Positions 30,491 through 41,863 of a stretch of 64,000 bases of DNA are shown one piece after another (the stretch's first letter is position 1; the number at the start of each line of letters is the position of its first letter). Origin of the DNA: Desulfosporosinus sp. (lineage in GTDB: Bacteria > Bacillota > Desulfitobacteriia > Desulfitobacteriales > Desulfitobacteriaceae); contig JARLHW010000214.1 of assembly GCA_031292075.1 (NCBI GenBank), positions 1,634 through 65,633 on the forward strand. The letters run 5' to 3'. The notes beneath the pieces were generated by a model that worked only from the letters and a program-made list of their open reading frames with translations, ran no database searches and was not told the DNA's origin. A program made the position numbers and the translations under genes.

Positions 30491-33079
30491 TTATTTTTCA
30501 TTCTTGCTAATCGCATAGAGCAGGCCCTGCGTCACCTCTTTTTTGAATTCCTGATCAACAATTTTTTCTTTGCGCATGTCCAGGACATAAAAGACGTCAA
30601 TCAACCGCTCCACCTCTGTTGCGATGAAGGCCTTGTGGATATTGATGCCGAAATCCGTTAAAGTCTGGGTGATATGATAGAGTTGCCCAGGCCGGTCGGG
30701 GGCGTAGACCTCGATGACGGTAAAGGTCTCGGAGGTCTCATTATCGATGATCACCCGGGATTCCCGCCTTCCCTGCAGCTCTTTGCGGCGCCCATAGGTT
30801 GATGCCAGTTTCTGGTAGAGCCGGTGGCCAAGCCCCAGGCGATGGCTGATAGCCAGATCCAGATCCTGATTCAGAGCCAGCCAGTCTCTTTCCTTAAATT
30901 TAAGACCATCGGCGGAACGCACCTCAATCACATCCACAACGGTCTGGTCACTCCAGGTGAAGATCTGGGCATTGAGAACCGTCAGATTATGCAGGGCCAT
31001 CACCCCGCAGATCTTGGCCAGCAGTCCCGGCTGATCAGTCGAGACCACCAAGAGCGACCATTTGTCCTTTTTATCTTTAGCAAAGATCAAGGATTTCTGC
31101 CGGATCACCCTATAATGATCCCGATGAATCCTGATATGCTCGGCCACGGCCTCCGGAGAAAAACTCAACAGATAATCGGGGGACAGATCCTCCACATTGA
31201 CGCGAAAACCATCTTCCGACCGCAACAGATCCGCCACCTGAGCCCTGAGCCAGATAACCCCCTGCTCCATCTGGCGATCAATGATCCCGGCGCCCTTATG
31301 ATCGAAATGGGCAAACTCCAGGTAGGGCTGAATACGCAGGAACATCTCCTGCATCAGGGCCGCCTTCCAGTCACTCCAGGCAGAGGGTCCGGTGGCCCTG
31401 GAGTCGGAGATGGAGAGCAGGTACAGCATTGTCAGCCTGTCGGCAGTGCCGATCGTTTCGGCGCAGCGCTTGATAAAGCCCCCATCATTCAAATCCCGCC
31501 GTAGTGCATTTTCCGGTACAAACAAATGATACCGAATCAGAAAGCTCAGACAGGCACACTCCTCCTCGTTAAAGCCCATACGCCGTCCCACATCCTTGAC
31601 AAGATCAGCCCCGACGACGGAATGATCGCTGTGGACACCTTTGCCGATGTCGTGCAGCAGGGCTGCAACCAGCAAAATTTGGGGAGAAGCAAGAGTCTGG
31701 TAATGGAGGCGCTCCTTGACAGCCACCTTGTGCAGTTCGGCCACGGTCTGCAAAAGATGCCTGTCTACTGTGTAAATATGATAAAGATCATGCTGAGCCA
31801 AGGTCAGAATCCTTCCGAATTCGGGAATATAGGCCACAAGCAGCCCCGTCTCCAGCATCAGTTCAAGGACATAAAGGACATCAGTGGCATTCTCAAGAAT
31901 GTCGAGAAAGGCCTTGGACATCCGGGTTGAAACGCGCACCTTGTCGTTAATCAGATCCAGGTTGGCCGTAATCGCCTTGCGGGCCCGATGATGCACAGGC
32001 ATCCCCAGTTTGGCTGAGGCCAGAAAAACCCGCATGAGGAGATAGGGCCGGGCTTGCAGGTCTTCGTGGGCGGCAGTCAGGTTGATAAAACCATTCCTCA
32101 ACTCGATGCCTTTCTCGATAAGTCTATCGCGCTCCTGCCCTTCAGCCTTTCCGGCAAGCCCCAGGACCTCATCGACATGCTCGAAAAACAGGTCGGTTAT
32201 GATGGCCACGGTCTGCATATGGGCATACATCTCCCGCATGAAGACCTCCACGGCCAGAGTCCCCTTGCTGGGCCTGTATTCAAGAGCCAGGGCCAGTTCC
32301 TCCTGCTGCTCAAAATAAAGCTGGTCGTTCTTACGCCTGCTGATGTAGTGCAGCCTGTTCCTGATCCGAATCAAGGCCTCCCAGGAATTGGTAAAATCCT
32401 CCTGTTCCTGCTCCAGCAGGATACCGGCATTGACAATCCCGGTCAGCCCCTCCAGGCCAAAAACCACTTTCGCGGTCCAAAGCATGGCCTGGATATCCCG
32501 CATGCCCCCTTTACCCTCTTTGATGTTGGGCTCCAAAAGATAGCTATGGCTGCCAAATCGGGTACGCCGCTCATCGCGGAAGATCTTCATGCTTTTGACA
32601 AATTCTTCTCGCTCGCCCTCGACAAACTTTTCCTTATATCCTGAAAGCAACTCGAAGAAGAGGAGCTGGGATCCACCGATGAGGCGGGCATCAAGCATGG
32701 CGACCCTGAAGAAAAAATCCTCGCCGGCATGCTGGAGGGACTCCCCCACCGTCCGTACGCCATGCCCGACGTCAAGTCCGGAATCCCAGAGGGGATAAAG
32801 AATGGCATCCGTGATTTTGCCGACCTCTTCGCCTATCGCGGGTCGGTAGAGAATCATCAGATCGATATCGGAAAAGGGAAAAAGCTCCTGACGCCCATAC
32901 CCTCCGAGGGCAACCAGGGACACCAGCTCGGCAGCCCCAGCCACCTCGGCGGCCTGAAAACATTCAAGAATATACTCATCGACAAGCCGACTGTGGCTGC
33001 GGAGCAGGGAATGACCGCTCAACCCCTGCTCCCACAGCTTCTCCAGCGCCTCGCGTTGGGCATGAAGTGGTGATCTCAT
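30491..33079 (-). CDS. glnD: [Protein-PII] uridylyltransferase
   Basis: ALGGYGR..SDIDL, NIKEGKGGMRD, HD motif LLHDIGKG, two ACT domains. Confidence 0.97.
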   Translation of the reverse strand: MRSPLHAQREALEKLWEQGLSGHSLLRSHSRLVDEYILECFQAAEVAGAAELVSLVALGGYGRQELFPFSDIDLMILYRPAIGEEVGKITDAILYPLWDSGLDVGHGVRTVGESLQHAGEDFFFRVAMLDARLIGGSQLLFFELLSGYKEKFVEGEREEFVKSMKIFRDERRTRFGSHSYLLEPNIKEGKGGMRDIQAMLWTAKVVFGLEGLTGIVNAGILLEQEQEDFTNSWEALIRIRNRLHYISRRKNDQLYFEQQEELALALEYRPSKGTLAVEVFMREMYAHMQTVAIITDLFFEHVDEVLGLAGKAEGQERDRLIEKGIELRNGFINLTAAHEDLQARPYLLMRVFLASAKLGMPVHHRARKAITANLDLINDKVRVSTRMSKAFLDILENATDVLYVLELMLETGLLVAYIPEFGRILTLAQHDLYHIYTVDRHLLQTVAELHKVAVKERLHYQTLASPQILLVAALLHDIGKGVHSDHSVVGADLVKDVGRRMGFNEEECACLSFLIRYHLFVPENALRRDLNDGGFIKRCAETIGTADRLTMLYLLSISDSRATGPSAWSDWKAALMQEMFLRIQPYLEFAHFDHKGAGIIDRQMEQGVIWLRAQVADLLRSEDGFRVNVEDLSPDYLLSFSPEAVAEHIRIHRDHYRVIRQKSLIFAKDKKDKWSLLVVSTDQPGLLAKICGVMALHNLTVLNAQIFTWSDQTVVDVIEVRSADGLKFKERDWLALNQDLDLAISHRLGLGHRLYQKLASTYGRRKELQGRRESRVIIDNETSETFTVIEVYAPDRPGQLYHITQTLTDFGINIHKAFIATEVERLIDVFYVLDMRKEKIVDQEFKKEVTQGLLYAISKNEK

Positions 33080-33088
33080 ACGCTCCTG

Positions 33089-33439
<351 letters not shown>

Positions 33440-33505
33440 TTATGGCTCCTTTCCCCTGCCGCCGGAGCAGCAGGGGAACCTTCATAAAAAGCTCACGGTT
33501 CAATA

Positions 33506-34717
33506 TCAGATCGAATAGCCGACCTCGCTATGCTCTGTCACGTCAAGCCCCTGAACCTCATTCTCAGTTTCTACACGAAGACCAACCACTGCGTCTACTA
33601 CTTTCAGTATAATAAAGGTTATACAGACAGACCACAAGATGGAGGCGCCGGCTGCAGTCGCCTGTATGGCAAGCTGCTTGGGATTGCCGTAAAACAGACC
33701 TGTCCCCCCAACCGTCGCAAACAAACCAGTGGCAAGCGCCCCCCAGAAACCGCCGAGTCCATGTACCGCAACAACATCCAAGGCATCATCATAACCGATT
33801 TTGCTCTTCATCGTCACACCCAGATAGCAGAGCACGCCGGCAACCAGGCCTATGACAATGGCGGCAATCGGAGTAACGAAACCGGCAGCAGGGGTGATGG
33901 CAACAAGGCCGGCCACTGCGCCTGAGGCAGCGCCCAGGGTCGTCGGCTTACCCTGAATCTTCCACTCGGCAAAGGTCCAGGCCAACGAGGCCGCACCGGT
34001 TGCCACCTGAGTGGTCATGAGGGCCAGAACCGCCACAGGACCAGCCGATAGAGCGCTGCCTGCATTAAACCCAAACCAGCCAAACCAGAGCACACCTGCG
34101 CCAAGGACCGTCATCGGCACGTTATGCGGATGAAATGCCTCTTTGCCGAAGCCCTTTCTTTTCCCGATAACCAGGGCGCAGACCAGAGCCGCCGCACCGG
34201 AGTTGATATGGATGACGGTACCGCCTGCAAAGTCAAGCGCCCCCATGCTCATCAGCCAGCCGCCGCCCCAGACCCAGTGACAGACCGGCAGGTAGACAAA
34301 GGTCATCCACAACACCGTAAAGATCAGGTAGGCGGAAAACTTCATCCTCTCAGCAAACGCGCCGGTGATAAGGGCCGGAGTGATGATCGCGAACATCAGC
34401 TGAAACGCGCAGTACAGCAGATCAGGAATTGTGGCGGTGGAAGAGGTCGTCGCCTTCTCCCAGCTGACGTTATTCAAAAAGGCAAAGTCCAGATTGCCGA
34501 TCACATGCCCCACATCCGGGCCAAATGCCAGGGAGTATCCATAGACGACCCAGATAATCGATACGATCCCCAGGCAGAGGAAACTCTGCATGGTCGTCGA
34601 CAGAACATTTTTACTGCGTACAAGCCCACCATAGAACAAGGCCAGCCCAGGGGTCATCAGCATGACCAGGGCTGTGGCAATGAGCATGAAAGCGGTATCT
34701 CCAGAATTTAGTGCCAT
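33506..34717 (-). CDS. amtB: Ammonium transporter
   Basis: MTPGLALFYGG, DFAGGTVIH, WFGWFGFNAGS; start 34717 after AAGGAG. Confidence 0.96.
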   Translation of the reverse strand: MALNSGDTAFMLIATALVMLMTPGLALFYGGLVRSKNVLSTTMQSFLCLGIVSIIWVVYGYSLAFGPDVGHVIGNLDFAFLNNVSWEKATTSSTATIPDLLYCAFQLMFAIITPALITGAFAERMKFSAYLIFTVLWMTFVYLPVCHWVWGGGWLMSMGALDFAGGTVIHINSGAAALVCALVIGKRKGFGKEAFHPHNVPMTVLGAGVLWFGWFGFNAGSALSAGPVAVLALMTTQVATGAASLAWTFAEWKIQGKPTTLGAASGAVAGLVAITPAAGFVTPIAAIVIGLVAGVLCYLGVTMKSKIGYDDALDVVAVHGLGGFWGALATGLFATVGGTGLFYGNPKQLAIQATAAGASILWSVCITFIILKVVDAVVGLRVETENEVQGLDVTEHSEVGYSI

Positions 34718-34804
34718 ATTCAACTCCTTTAGAATATATCCAAGATTTACATTTGGCAACACCGCTGTCATCCTCGGCCCGTACCTGCGCCAGCCGACCC
34801 TTTT

Positions 34805-36031
34805 CTAATTATTATACGCCGTCTCGGAATGCTCGGTTGAATCCATTCCGATGACCTCGGCCTCGTCGGTAAGCCTGAGGCCAAAAACCGTATGTATAAT
34901 TTTAAAAAGGACCCAACTGACCACAAAGGTATAGACACCTACGACAACAACACCTATTGCCTGCTTGAAGAACTGGGCCGAACTCCCGGCCAGCAGCCCG
35001 TCAACTCCACCAGGATTCACAGCCTTGGCCGCGAATATCCCTAAACAAAGCGTCCCTATCGCCCCGCCCACGCCATGAATCCCGACAACGTCAAGGGAAT
35101 CATCCAGTTTGAGACGATTTTTTACGTTCACCGCGGTAAAACACACAACACCTGCAAGAATGCCTATCATTATAGCAGAATTCGGTCCAACAAAACCAGC
35201 GCCAGGGGTAACCGTTGCCAGTCCCGCAATAGCACCCGAGGCCGCACCCAGGGTCGTTGCCCTGCCCTGACTCAACCATTCCATCACCACCCAGGTGGCC
35301 ATTGCCGACATGCCGGCAAAATGGGTAGCGACAAAGGCAGTCGCTGCAACCTCATTGGCAGCCAGCGCCGAACCGCCATTGAATCCAAACCAGCCGAACC
35401 AGAGCAATCCCGTCCCCAGCATGGTCATCGGCAGGTTATGCGGCATGAAACTGGTCTTGCCATAGCCCTTCCTGGGTCCAAGAACGATCACCCCGGCCAA
35501 GGCGGCGGCACCGCAGGTCACATGAACCACCAGACCGCCGGCGAAATCCAACACACCGAAACCGTCCGGTCCCAGCCAGCCGCCCTTCCCCCAGAGCCAG
35601 TGACAGACCGGGTTATAGACCACAATCGCCCAGAGCACTGAAAAAATCAGGAAGGGCACAAAACGAACCCGTTCCGCCAAGGCCCCGGTAATCAGCGCGG
35701 GGGTGATGATCGCAAACATGCACTGGTACACCATGAATACAATCTGCGGGACGGTAGGGGCATAATCCGGGCTGGGCGCAGTGCCGACCCCGTTCAGGGC
35801 AAACCACGACAGGCTTCCTACAATGCCGCCAACATCCGGCCCGAACGACATGGAATATCCAAGGTACACCCACTCAATGGATATGAGGGCGATCATAAAC
35901 AGACTCTGCATGATCGTTCCAAGCACATTTTTGCCGCGTACCATCCCACCGTAAAACAGAGCCAATCCCGGCGTCATCAGCAGCACGAGCCCTGCCGACG
36001 CCAGAACAAAGGCCGTATCCGCCTTGTTCAT
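34805..36031 (-). CDS. amtB: Ammonium transporter (second paralog)
   Basis: Same signature motifs; start 36031 after GAGGAG. Confidence 0.96.
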   Translation of the reverse strand: MNKADTAFVLASAGLVLLMTPGLALFYGGMVRGKNVLGTIMQSLFMIALISIEWVYLGYSMSFGPDVGGIVGSLSWFALNGVGTAPSPDYAPTVPQIVFMVYQCMFAIITPALITGALAERVRFVPFLIFSVLWAIVVYNPVCHWLWGKGGWLGPDGFGVLDFAGGLVVHVTCGAAALAGVIVLGPRKGYGKTSFMPHNLPMTMLGTGLLWFGWFGFNGGSALAANEVAATAFVATHFAGMSAMATWVVMEWLSQGRATTLGAASGAIAGLATVTPGAGFVGPNSAIMIGILAGVVCFTAVNVKNRLKLDDSLDVVGIHGVGGAIGTLCLGIFAAKAVNPGGVDGLLAGSSAQFFKQAIGVVVVGVYTFVVSWVLFKIIHTVFGLRLTDEAEVIGMDSTEHSETAYNN

Positions 36032-36110
36032 TTGTATTCTCCTCTTGTTTTTAAAAGCCGGAACCGGGTCTCCCAACCACCTCCGACTCACTCTCCAGCA
36101 ACGCCAACTA

Positions 36111-36175
36111 TGACATTTTCGTCGCTAGTCCAAATTAAAGGATTTCGAGGATAACACAAATGATATATTATTCAA
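36111..36175 (-). promoter_or_regulatory. Candidate promoter and operator of the amtB-amtB-PII-glnD operon
   Basis: TTGAAT-N16-(TGn)TATCCT at 36175-36148 and TGACA-TTTT-CGTCG at 36111-36124. Confidence 0.45.
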
Positions 36176-36531
36176 TACACACGTTTTTCATTTCAAAGGA
36201 TATGCCAGAACGGCACAAAATGGCACCACAAAGCTATCACACCTATATTACACAACATATCAAACAATCAATCGCATTGACGACAGCAACGAAAACACAT
36301 ATTTGTAATAAAATATTATTCAAATGACAGTTTTGTCCTTCTTTGTCTCAACGACGAAACCCTCGTCTTCCTGGAGTTCCACAGGGCTGTCCTGAAGGCA
36401 TACTGCCGGCCTTGCCCGCTGCCATTCCATCGTTTTCACTGACTCTATTTACTTTCAGACCCCGACGCTGTACCCTAACTGCAATGAGTCAGCAGTCGTC
36501 TCCAACGCCCTTGCATGAACACGAGGAACCG

Positions 36532-37653
36532 ATGAAAATACGCAACCAGCACTACAGAACCATTTGGCCGGATCCCGATAAGCCCACTACGATCTGCATC
36601 ATCGACCAGAGGCAGCTTCCTCACAGATTTGTCATAGAGAGGCTCACGACGCTCGAGGAGGTCCGCACCGCCATCAAAGATATGCATGTTCGGGGGGCGG
36701 GACTGATCGGGGCTACGGCCGGATACGGCATGTACCTGGCCGCAATGCAGGCCTCGGAGAAAGATTTTGATCGGGAAATGGTCCAGGCTGGAGTCAGGCT
36801 CTGCAGCAGCAGGCCGACGGCCCGGAACCTGAGCTGGGCGGTTGAACGGGTCTTGCAGGCCCTCAGGCACAAGCAGACACCTGGAGAAAAGAGGACCGAG
36901 TCCTTCAGGGCAGCAACGGCCATAGCTGACGAGGACGCGGAATTCTGCCGCAGGCTGGGCGAACACGGACTGAAAATTATCCAGGATATAAGCAGGAAAA
37001 AACAGGGACGCCCGGTGAACATCCTGACCCATTGCAACGCAGGCTGGCTGGCCTTTGTCGACTTCGGCAGCGCCACCGCACCCATCTACGCGGCCCGGGA
37101 CGCCGGCATCCCGCTGCATGTCTGGGTGGACGAGACCAGGCCCTGGAACCAGGGATCGAGACTGACGGCCTGGGAACTGCAGCAGGAAGAGATCGCCAAT
37201 ACGCTGATCACCGATAACGCCGGCGGTCATCTGATGCAGAAAGGTTGTGTCGACCTGGTTATCGTCGGTACCGACCGCACAACCTGCACCGGCGATGTCG
37301 CCAACAAGATCGGCACCTATTTAAAGGCACTGGCAGCCAGAGATAACAATATCCCCTTCTATGTCGCCCTCCCGTCTTCCACCTTTGACTGGACCATGGA
37401 AAACGGCAGCGACATCCCCATCGAGGAGCGATCCGGCGAGGAGATTACCTGCATCAGCGGCCCGACGACGGACGGCAGAATAGAAATGGTGAGCCTGGCC
37501 GCCCCCGGCACGCAAGCGGCAAATTACAGCTTCGACGTGACGCCGGCGAGACTCGTCACCGGCCTCATCACCGAACGCGGCATCGTGGAGGCCCGGGGCG
37601 AGGCGATCAGGCGGATGTTTCCGGACCTGTATCAGTCCTTATCCCGGCCATAG
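36532..37653 (+). CDS. mtnA: S-methyl-5-thioribose-1-phosphate isomerase
   Basis: MHVRGA, RPTA.NL, LTHCNAG, DETRP, GDVANKIGTY; start 36532 after GAGGA. Confidence 0.95.
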   Translation: MKIRNQHYRTIWPDPDKPTTICIIDQRQLPHRFVIERLTTLEEVRTAIKDMHVRGAGLIGATAGYGMYLAAMQASEKDFDREMVQAGVRLCSSRPTARNLSWAVERVLQALRHKQTPGEKRTESFRAATAIADEDAEFCRRLGEHGLKIIQDISRKKQGRPVNILTHCNAGWLAFVDFGSATAPIYAARDAGIPLHVWVDETRPWNQGSRLTAWELQQEEIANTLITDNAGGHLMQKGCVDLVIVGTDRTTCTGDVANKIGTYLKALAARDNNIPFYVALPSSTFDWTMENGSDIPIEERSGEEITCISGPTTDGRIEMVSLAAPGTQAANYSFDVTPARLVTGLITERGIVEARGEAIRRMFPDLYQSLSRP

Positions 37654-39053
37654 TCATCATCGAAACGAACGATATCGTCTTCGCCCAGATAGCTGCCGAT
37701 CTGGACTTCAATGAGTTCCAGCGGGATCACGCCGGGGTTTTCCAGCCTGTGCAGGGCGCCGGCCTTGATATAGACGGACTGATTCTCATAGATCAGCGAG
37801 ACGTCGTCGCCATTGGTTACCCTGGCGGTACCGGTGACGACAACCCAGTGCTCATACCGGTGATGGTGCATCTGCAATGAAAGCTTTTGACCCGGGTTTA
37901 CTGTGATGCGCTTCATCTGGTAACGCGGCTGCTCCTCAAGGACAGTATAGCTGCCCCAGGGGCGATAGACGGTCCTGTGAAAGCGGAACTCCTTTCTCCC
38001 CTGCTTTTTCAGGTCCTCGACAATTTTCTTCACATCCTGAGAACGGGAAAGAGGCGCCACCAGCACTGCATCGGCGGTCTCCACCACCAGGGTCTCCTCC
38101 AGGCCGACGGTGGCCACCAGCCGGTCATCGGAGCGGATCAACGAATTTTTTGTATCCTTGACGATCAGGTTATCAAGCCTCCCCAGCAGGATGTTGCCAT
38201 CGGTATTTTTCTCAGAGACTTCCCACAACGCCTGCCAGGAACCGATATCACTCCAGCCCAGATCGGCTGCCACCACCGCAGCCTTGGCGGTCTTTTCCAT
38301 AAGCGCGTAATCCAGAGAATCGCTGGGACACTGAGACATGGCCTCGCTGTCAAACCGGAAGAAGCGCTGATCCCTGCCTCCCCCTGCGGCAGCCTCAGTC
38401 ATCCGGGCAAGAATTTCAGGGGCATATGTTGCCATTTCCTCACGAAATGTCTTGACCGAAAAGGCAAACATCCCGCTGTTCCAAAAATAGTTTCCCTTCT
38501 CCAGATACTCTTTTGCAGTTGACAGATCCGGTTTCTCCTTGAAGGAAAGGACCCTATTCCCCTCCCCTCGCTCGATATATCCATAACCGGTCTCGGCATG
38601 GCGAGGCTCGATCCCGAAGGTAACCACCAGGCCCTCCGCGGCAAGTCCGGCCGCCTTCTTAACGACCTCCCGGAACTTCTGCAGATTCTTGACCAGATGA
38701 TCTGCAGGCAACACCAGAATGATCACGTCCTGATCGCCGCCCGCCGCCACATATTCAACCGCCCCGGCCACGGCAGGAGCGGTGTTTCTGCCCATCGGCT
38801 CCAGCAGAATGGTATAGTCCTTCACCGTCGAAAGTTCTTCAATCTGGCTCTTGGTGATAAACCTGTGCTCCTCGCCGACGACAATGATGGGGGGCAGCAT
38901 ATCAGGGACCTGAGCCACCCGGAGCACGGTGGTCTGCAGGAGCGATGTTGCATCGGTCAACTGCAGGAGCTGCTTGGGATAAAGCTCGCGGGAGAGGGGC
39001 CAGAGCCTGGAGCCGGTTCCGCCTGCCAAAATAACTGGTTGAATTTTCTGCAC
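37632..39053 (-). CDS. manC: Mannose-1-phosphate guanylyltransferase / mannose-6-phosphate isomerase
   Basis: PVILAGGTGSRLWPLSRELYPKQ, EPMGRNTAPA, RPWG and cupin tail. Confidence 0.96.
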   Translation of the reverse strand: MQKIQPVILAGGTGSRLWPLSRELYPKQLLQLTDATSLLQTTVLRVAQVPDMLPPIIVVGEEHRFITKSQIEELSTVKDYTILLEPMGRNTAPAVAGAVEYVAAGGDQDVIILVLPADHLVKNLQKFREVVKKAAGLAAEGLVVTFGIEPRHAETGYGYIERGEGNRVLSFKEKPDLSTAKEYLEKGNYFWNSGMFAFSVKTFREEMATYAPEILARMTEAAAGGGRDQRFFRFDSEAMSQCPSDSLDYALMEKTAKAAVVAADLGWSDIGSWQALWEVSEKNTDGNILLGRLDNLIVKDTKNSLIRSDDRLVATVGLEETLVVETADAVLVAPLSRSQDVKKIVEDLKKQGRKEFRFHRTVYRPWGSYTVLEEQPRYQMKRITVNPGQKLSLQMHHHRYEHWVVVTGTARVTNGDDVSLIYENQSVYIKAGALHRLENPGVIPLELIEVQIGSYLGEDDIVRFDDDYGRDKD

Positions 39054-39180
39054 CGTAATGCCTCTTTAGTTCATGTAAGTTAGTATTCGTTTTGCAAGTC
39101 AGGGCTCATGAGCCTGCCTCGCCATCCGGTCATGAGCTTCTCATCCGGACCACAACCGGGCCCTCGCAGGTTAATGCATT

Positions 39181-40539
39181 TCAAACGATCAGTCTCAAAA
39201 TTTCCCTGGTCTTTTCCTCCATAAGCGCCACATCCCCGCGGCTTTCCACATTGAGCCTGAGTAGAGGCTCGGTATTGGATTTTCTCACATTAAAGCGATA
39301 TCTTGGAAAGGCAAGACTGAGCCCGTCGGTGGTGTCCTTTTTCCCTCCCGCATAGGCCTCTTCAATCCGGGCGATCACCCGGTCGGGGTCTGCAACCCGG
39401 CTGTTGATCTCGCCGGAGACGGGGTAGGCGGCAATCCGTTCGGCCACCATCTGCGACAGGGGGATGCCGGATCTGCTGAGCAGTGAGGCCACCAGCAGCC
39501 AGGGGATCATGCCGGAGTCACAATAGCCGAAATCACGGAAGTAATGATGCGCCGACATTTCGCCGCCATAGACAGCGTCCTCCTGGCGCATCCGCGCCTT
39601 GATAAAGGCATGGCCGGTCCTTGTCATGACCGGCTTCCCTCCGGCTGCCCGGACCAGATCCTCTGTGTTCCAGATCAGACGGGGATCATAGAGGATCGTG
39701 CCTCCCGGCTCCATATGCAGGAGCTCCATGGCCAGCAAGCCGACCAGATAATATCCCTCAATAAAGTTTCCCTGCTCATCCCAGAAGAAGCAGCGATCAA
39801 AATCACCATCCCAGGCGATCCCCATGTCCGCTCCATGCTCCCGCACCATCCTGGCAGTCTCTTCACGCCTGTCGGGAAGCAGAGGGTTGGGCACCCCATG
39901 CGGAAAGGTTCCATCCGGCTCGTGATGCAATTTAATAAACCGGAAGGGCAGCCTCTTCTCCAGAAGATCAATCACGGGACCTGCGCAGCCGTTGCCGCTG
40001 TTGACCACTATTTTCAAAGGCTTCAGCTCCTCCGTTTGCACGTAGCCAAGGAGGTGGTCGATATACCGGTCCTTTGCCGCGGCACTGGTCACGCGGCCCT
40101 TGACGGCGGATAAACCGGGCAACCTGCCTTCGACAATGAGATCGGCCATGTCATAGAGGCCGGAATCGCCGGAGACCGGGCGGGCGCCTTTAACCACCAG
40201 TTTCATGCCGTTATAATCGGCCGGATTGTGGCTGGCAGTGACGATCACGCCGCCATCCACCCCCTGGTCCTCAAGACTGAAGGCGGCATGATAGATCTCT
40301 TCGGTGCCGCAGAGACCCAGACTGACGACATCCACCCCCGTATCGAGCAGGCCGGAAATCAAGGCCTCGGCGATTTCGCAACTGCTGAGCCGAATATCGT
40401 ATCCCACCGCCACCTTCTTCATCGAGAAGACGGCGGCAAAGGCCCTGCCGACATCCCGCGCCAACCGGGGATTCAGTTCACCGGGGACCTTGCCCCGGAT
40501 ATCATAGGCCTTGAAACATGCTGGTCTCGTACTCGTCAT
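39181..40539 (-). CDS. manB: Phosphomannomutase
   Basis: FKAYDIRG, TASHNP, DGDFDR, GEMSAH. Confidence 0.95.
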   Translation of the reverse strand: MTSTRPACFKAYDIRGKVPGELNPRLARDVGRAFAAVFSMKKVAVGYDIRLSSCEIAEALISGLLDTGVDVVSLGLCGTEEIYHAAFSLEDQGVDGGVIVTASHNPADYNGMKLVVKGARPVSGDSGLYDMADLIVEGRLPGLSAVKGRVTSAAAKDRYIDHLLGYVQTEELKPLKIVVNSGNGCAGPVIDLLEKRLPFRFIKLHHEPDGTFPHGVPNPLLPDRREETARMVREHGADMGIAWDGDFDRCFFWDEQGNFIEGYYLVGLLAMELLHMEPGGTILYDPRLIWNTEDLVRAAGGKPVMTRTGHAFIKARMRQEDAVYGGEMSAHHYFRDFGYCDSGMIPWLLVASLLSRSGIPLSQMVAERIAAYPVSGEINSRVADPDRVIARIEEAYAGGKKDTTDGLSLAFPRYRFNVRKSNTEPLLRLNVESRGDVALMEEKTREILRLIV

Positions 40540-40769
40540 ACTCTCTTGTTCCTTTCATCAGTGTTTATACGAAAATTCCCCGGAAGCTGGGTTCTTACCC
40601 AGCTGAAGAGAAAAGTTTTCAAAATTTGCTTGCCATTCAGCCCGATCCAGCCATGCCGGGGCCTGGAGCCTGACCACTCCTGAACCATACCCTGAAATTT
40701 CCGCTCTCGTCGCTTGATACGCCACGTCTGGGTTCAGCCCCTGCCTCGGTGCACCTGCTGCCTTTTCGG

Positions 40770-41555
40770 TCAATCCAGCAGACTCCGTCTATCGAGTCTG
40801 GTGAGCCGAACATCACCGACCGCCCCCAGCAGATCGCCGCAGATGACGACGGCGCCCATGATTCCTGCCATCTCTTTAGCCTTTTCCAGGGCCCTGCTGA
40901 TACCCGCCTTCCCCCCGTTTGCCCCGCCCACCTCATTGCCAATCAGGGTGGCGACGGCATCGGCAAAGGCGGCCGATTGAGCCACGACGGTGACAGAATC
41001 GGCCTTGCCCAGGCTCAGACTGTGCCCCACCGTCCCCGAGGAGGTACAGATGCCGCAGGGCATCTGTCCGGGAGAAAGCACAAGCCCCACCTTGTTGCTC
41101 AAAACCGACTGCCCGGCAAATATGGCGATGGTGCACTCCTTTTGCCGTTGCAGAAATATATCACCCCCGTTTTCAACGATAATTTCGGATACCCCCTCAC
41201 TGACAAGCTTTTTCCCGACAAAGGCGGCGATGCTGCCGGCAACCGCAGCCATGGGACCGACGCCCGCCGCCTCAGAGGCCTGCAGCATATCCCGGACCAC
41301 GGGCGGAGCCAGTGCATCCATGGGCAGGGGGATAAGCGAAGTCAGGAATCCGGGGTGATCAGGAATGTAGCCCTCAATCTGCAGCCGATACTGCAGGACC
41401 AACTCGGACGCCTTTTTCGTCACATCCCGGTCGGCCTGAATATGCAGATCGGTCTCTTTGATCTGTACCAGGCAGGAAACCAGGTCGCTCTGCTCCATGG
41501 ACAACCGATAGGTCCTTTTCTGATAGGACTCAGGCTGTATTTTTTTTCGCCCCAT
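40770..41555 (-). CDS. UPF0280 / ApbE-like protein
   Basis: VGPMAAVAG, VENGGDI, GICTSSGTVGHSLSLG. Confidence 0.9.
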   Translation of the reverse strand: MGRKKIQPESYQKRTYRLSMEQSDLVSCLVQIKETDLHIQADRDVTKKASELVLQYRLQIEGYIPDHPGFLTSLIPLPMDALAPPVVRDMLQASEAAGVGPMAAVAGSIAAFVGKKLVSEGVSEIIVENGGDIFLQRQKECTIAIFAGQSVLSNKVGLVLSPGQMPCGICTSSGTVGHSLSLGKADSVTVVAQSAAFADAVATLIGNEVGGANGGKAGISRALEKAKEMAGIMGAVVICGDLLGAVGDVRLTRLDRRSLLD

Positions 41556-41863
41556 CAAGTTCAGCCTCACATAAAATTCCCGATGCGCCGCCTGAGTCCA
41601 TGCGCCTGCGATCACTTTCCATAAAGTCTCGTCAAAGCGACGGCATTGCCTTGCCGAAGTGAAGAGCTTTCATGATGCGTTGTGACCGGCCAGTCTGATC
41701 CAGCCATGCCGGGTTAGATCAGGTCCGATTGCATTGCCAAACCGTATAAGTTGGGCAAAGGAAAAATTTTCAGGTACAATTGCAGCTCACAGCCCGGGGC
41801 ACAAACGCAAGAGCAATACCCGAACCGCTTATTGAACAAGAATGTCTGATACTACAGCATACT

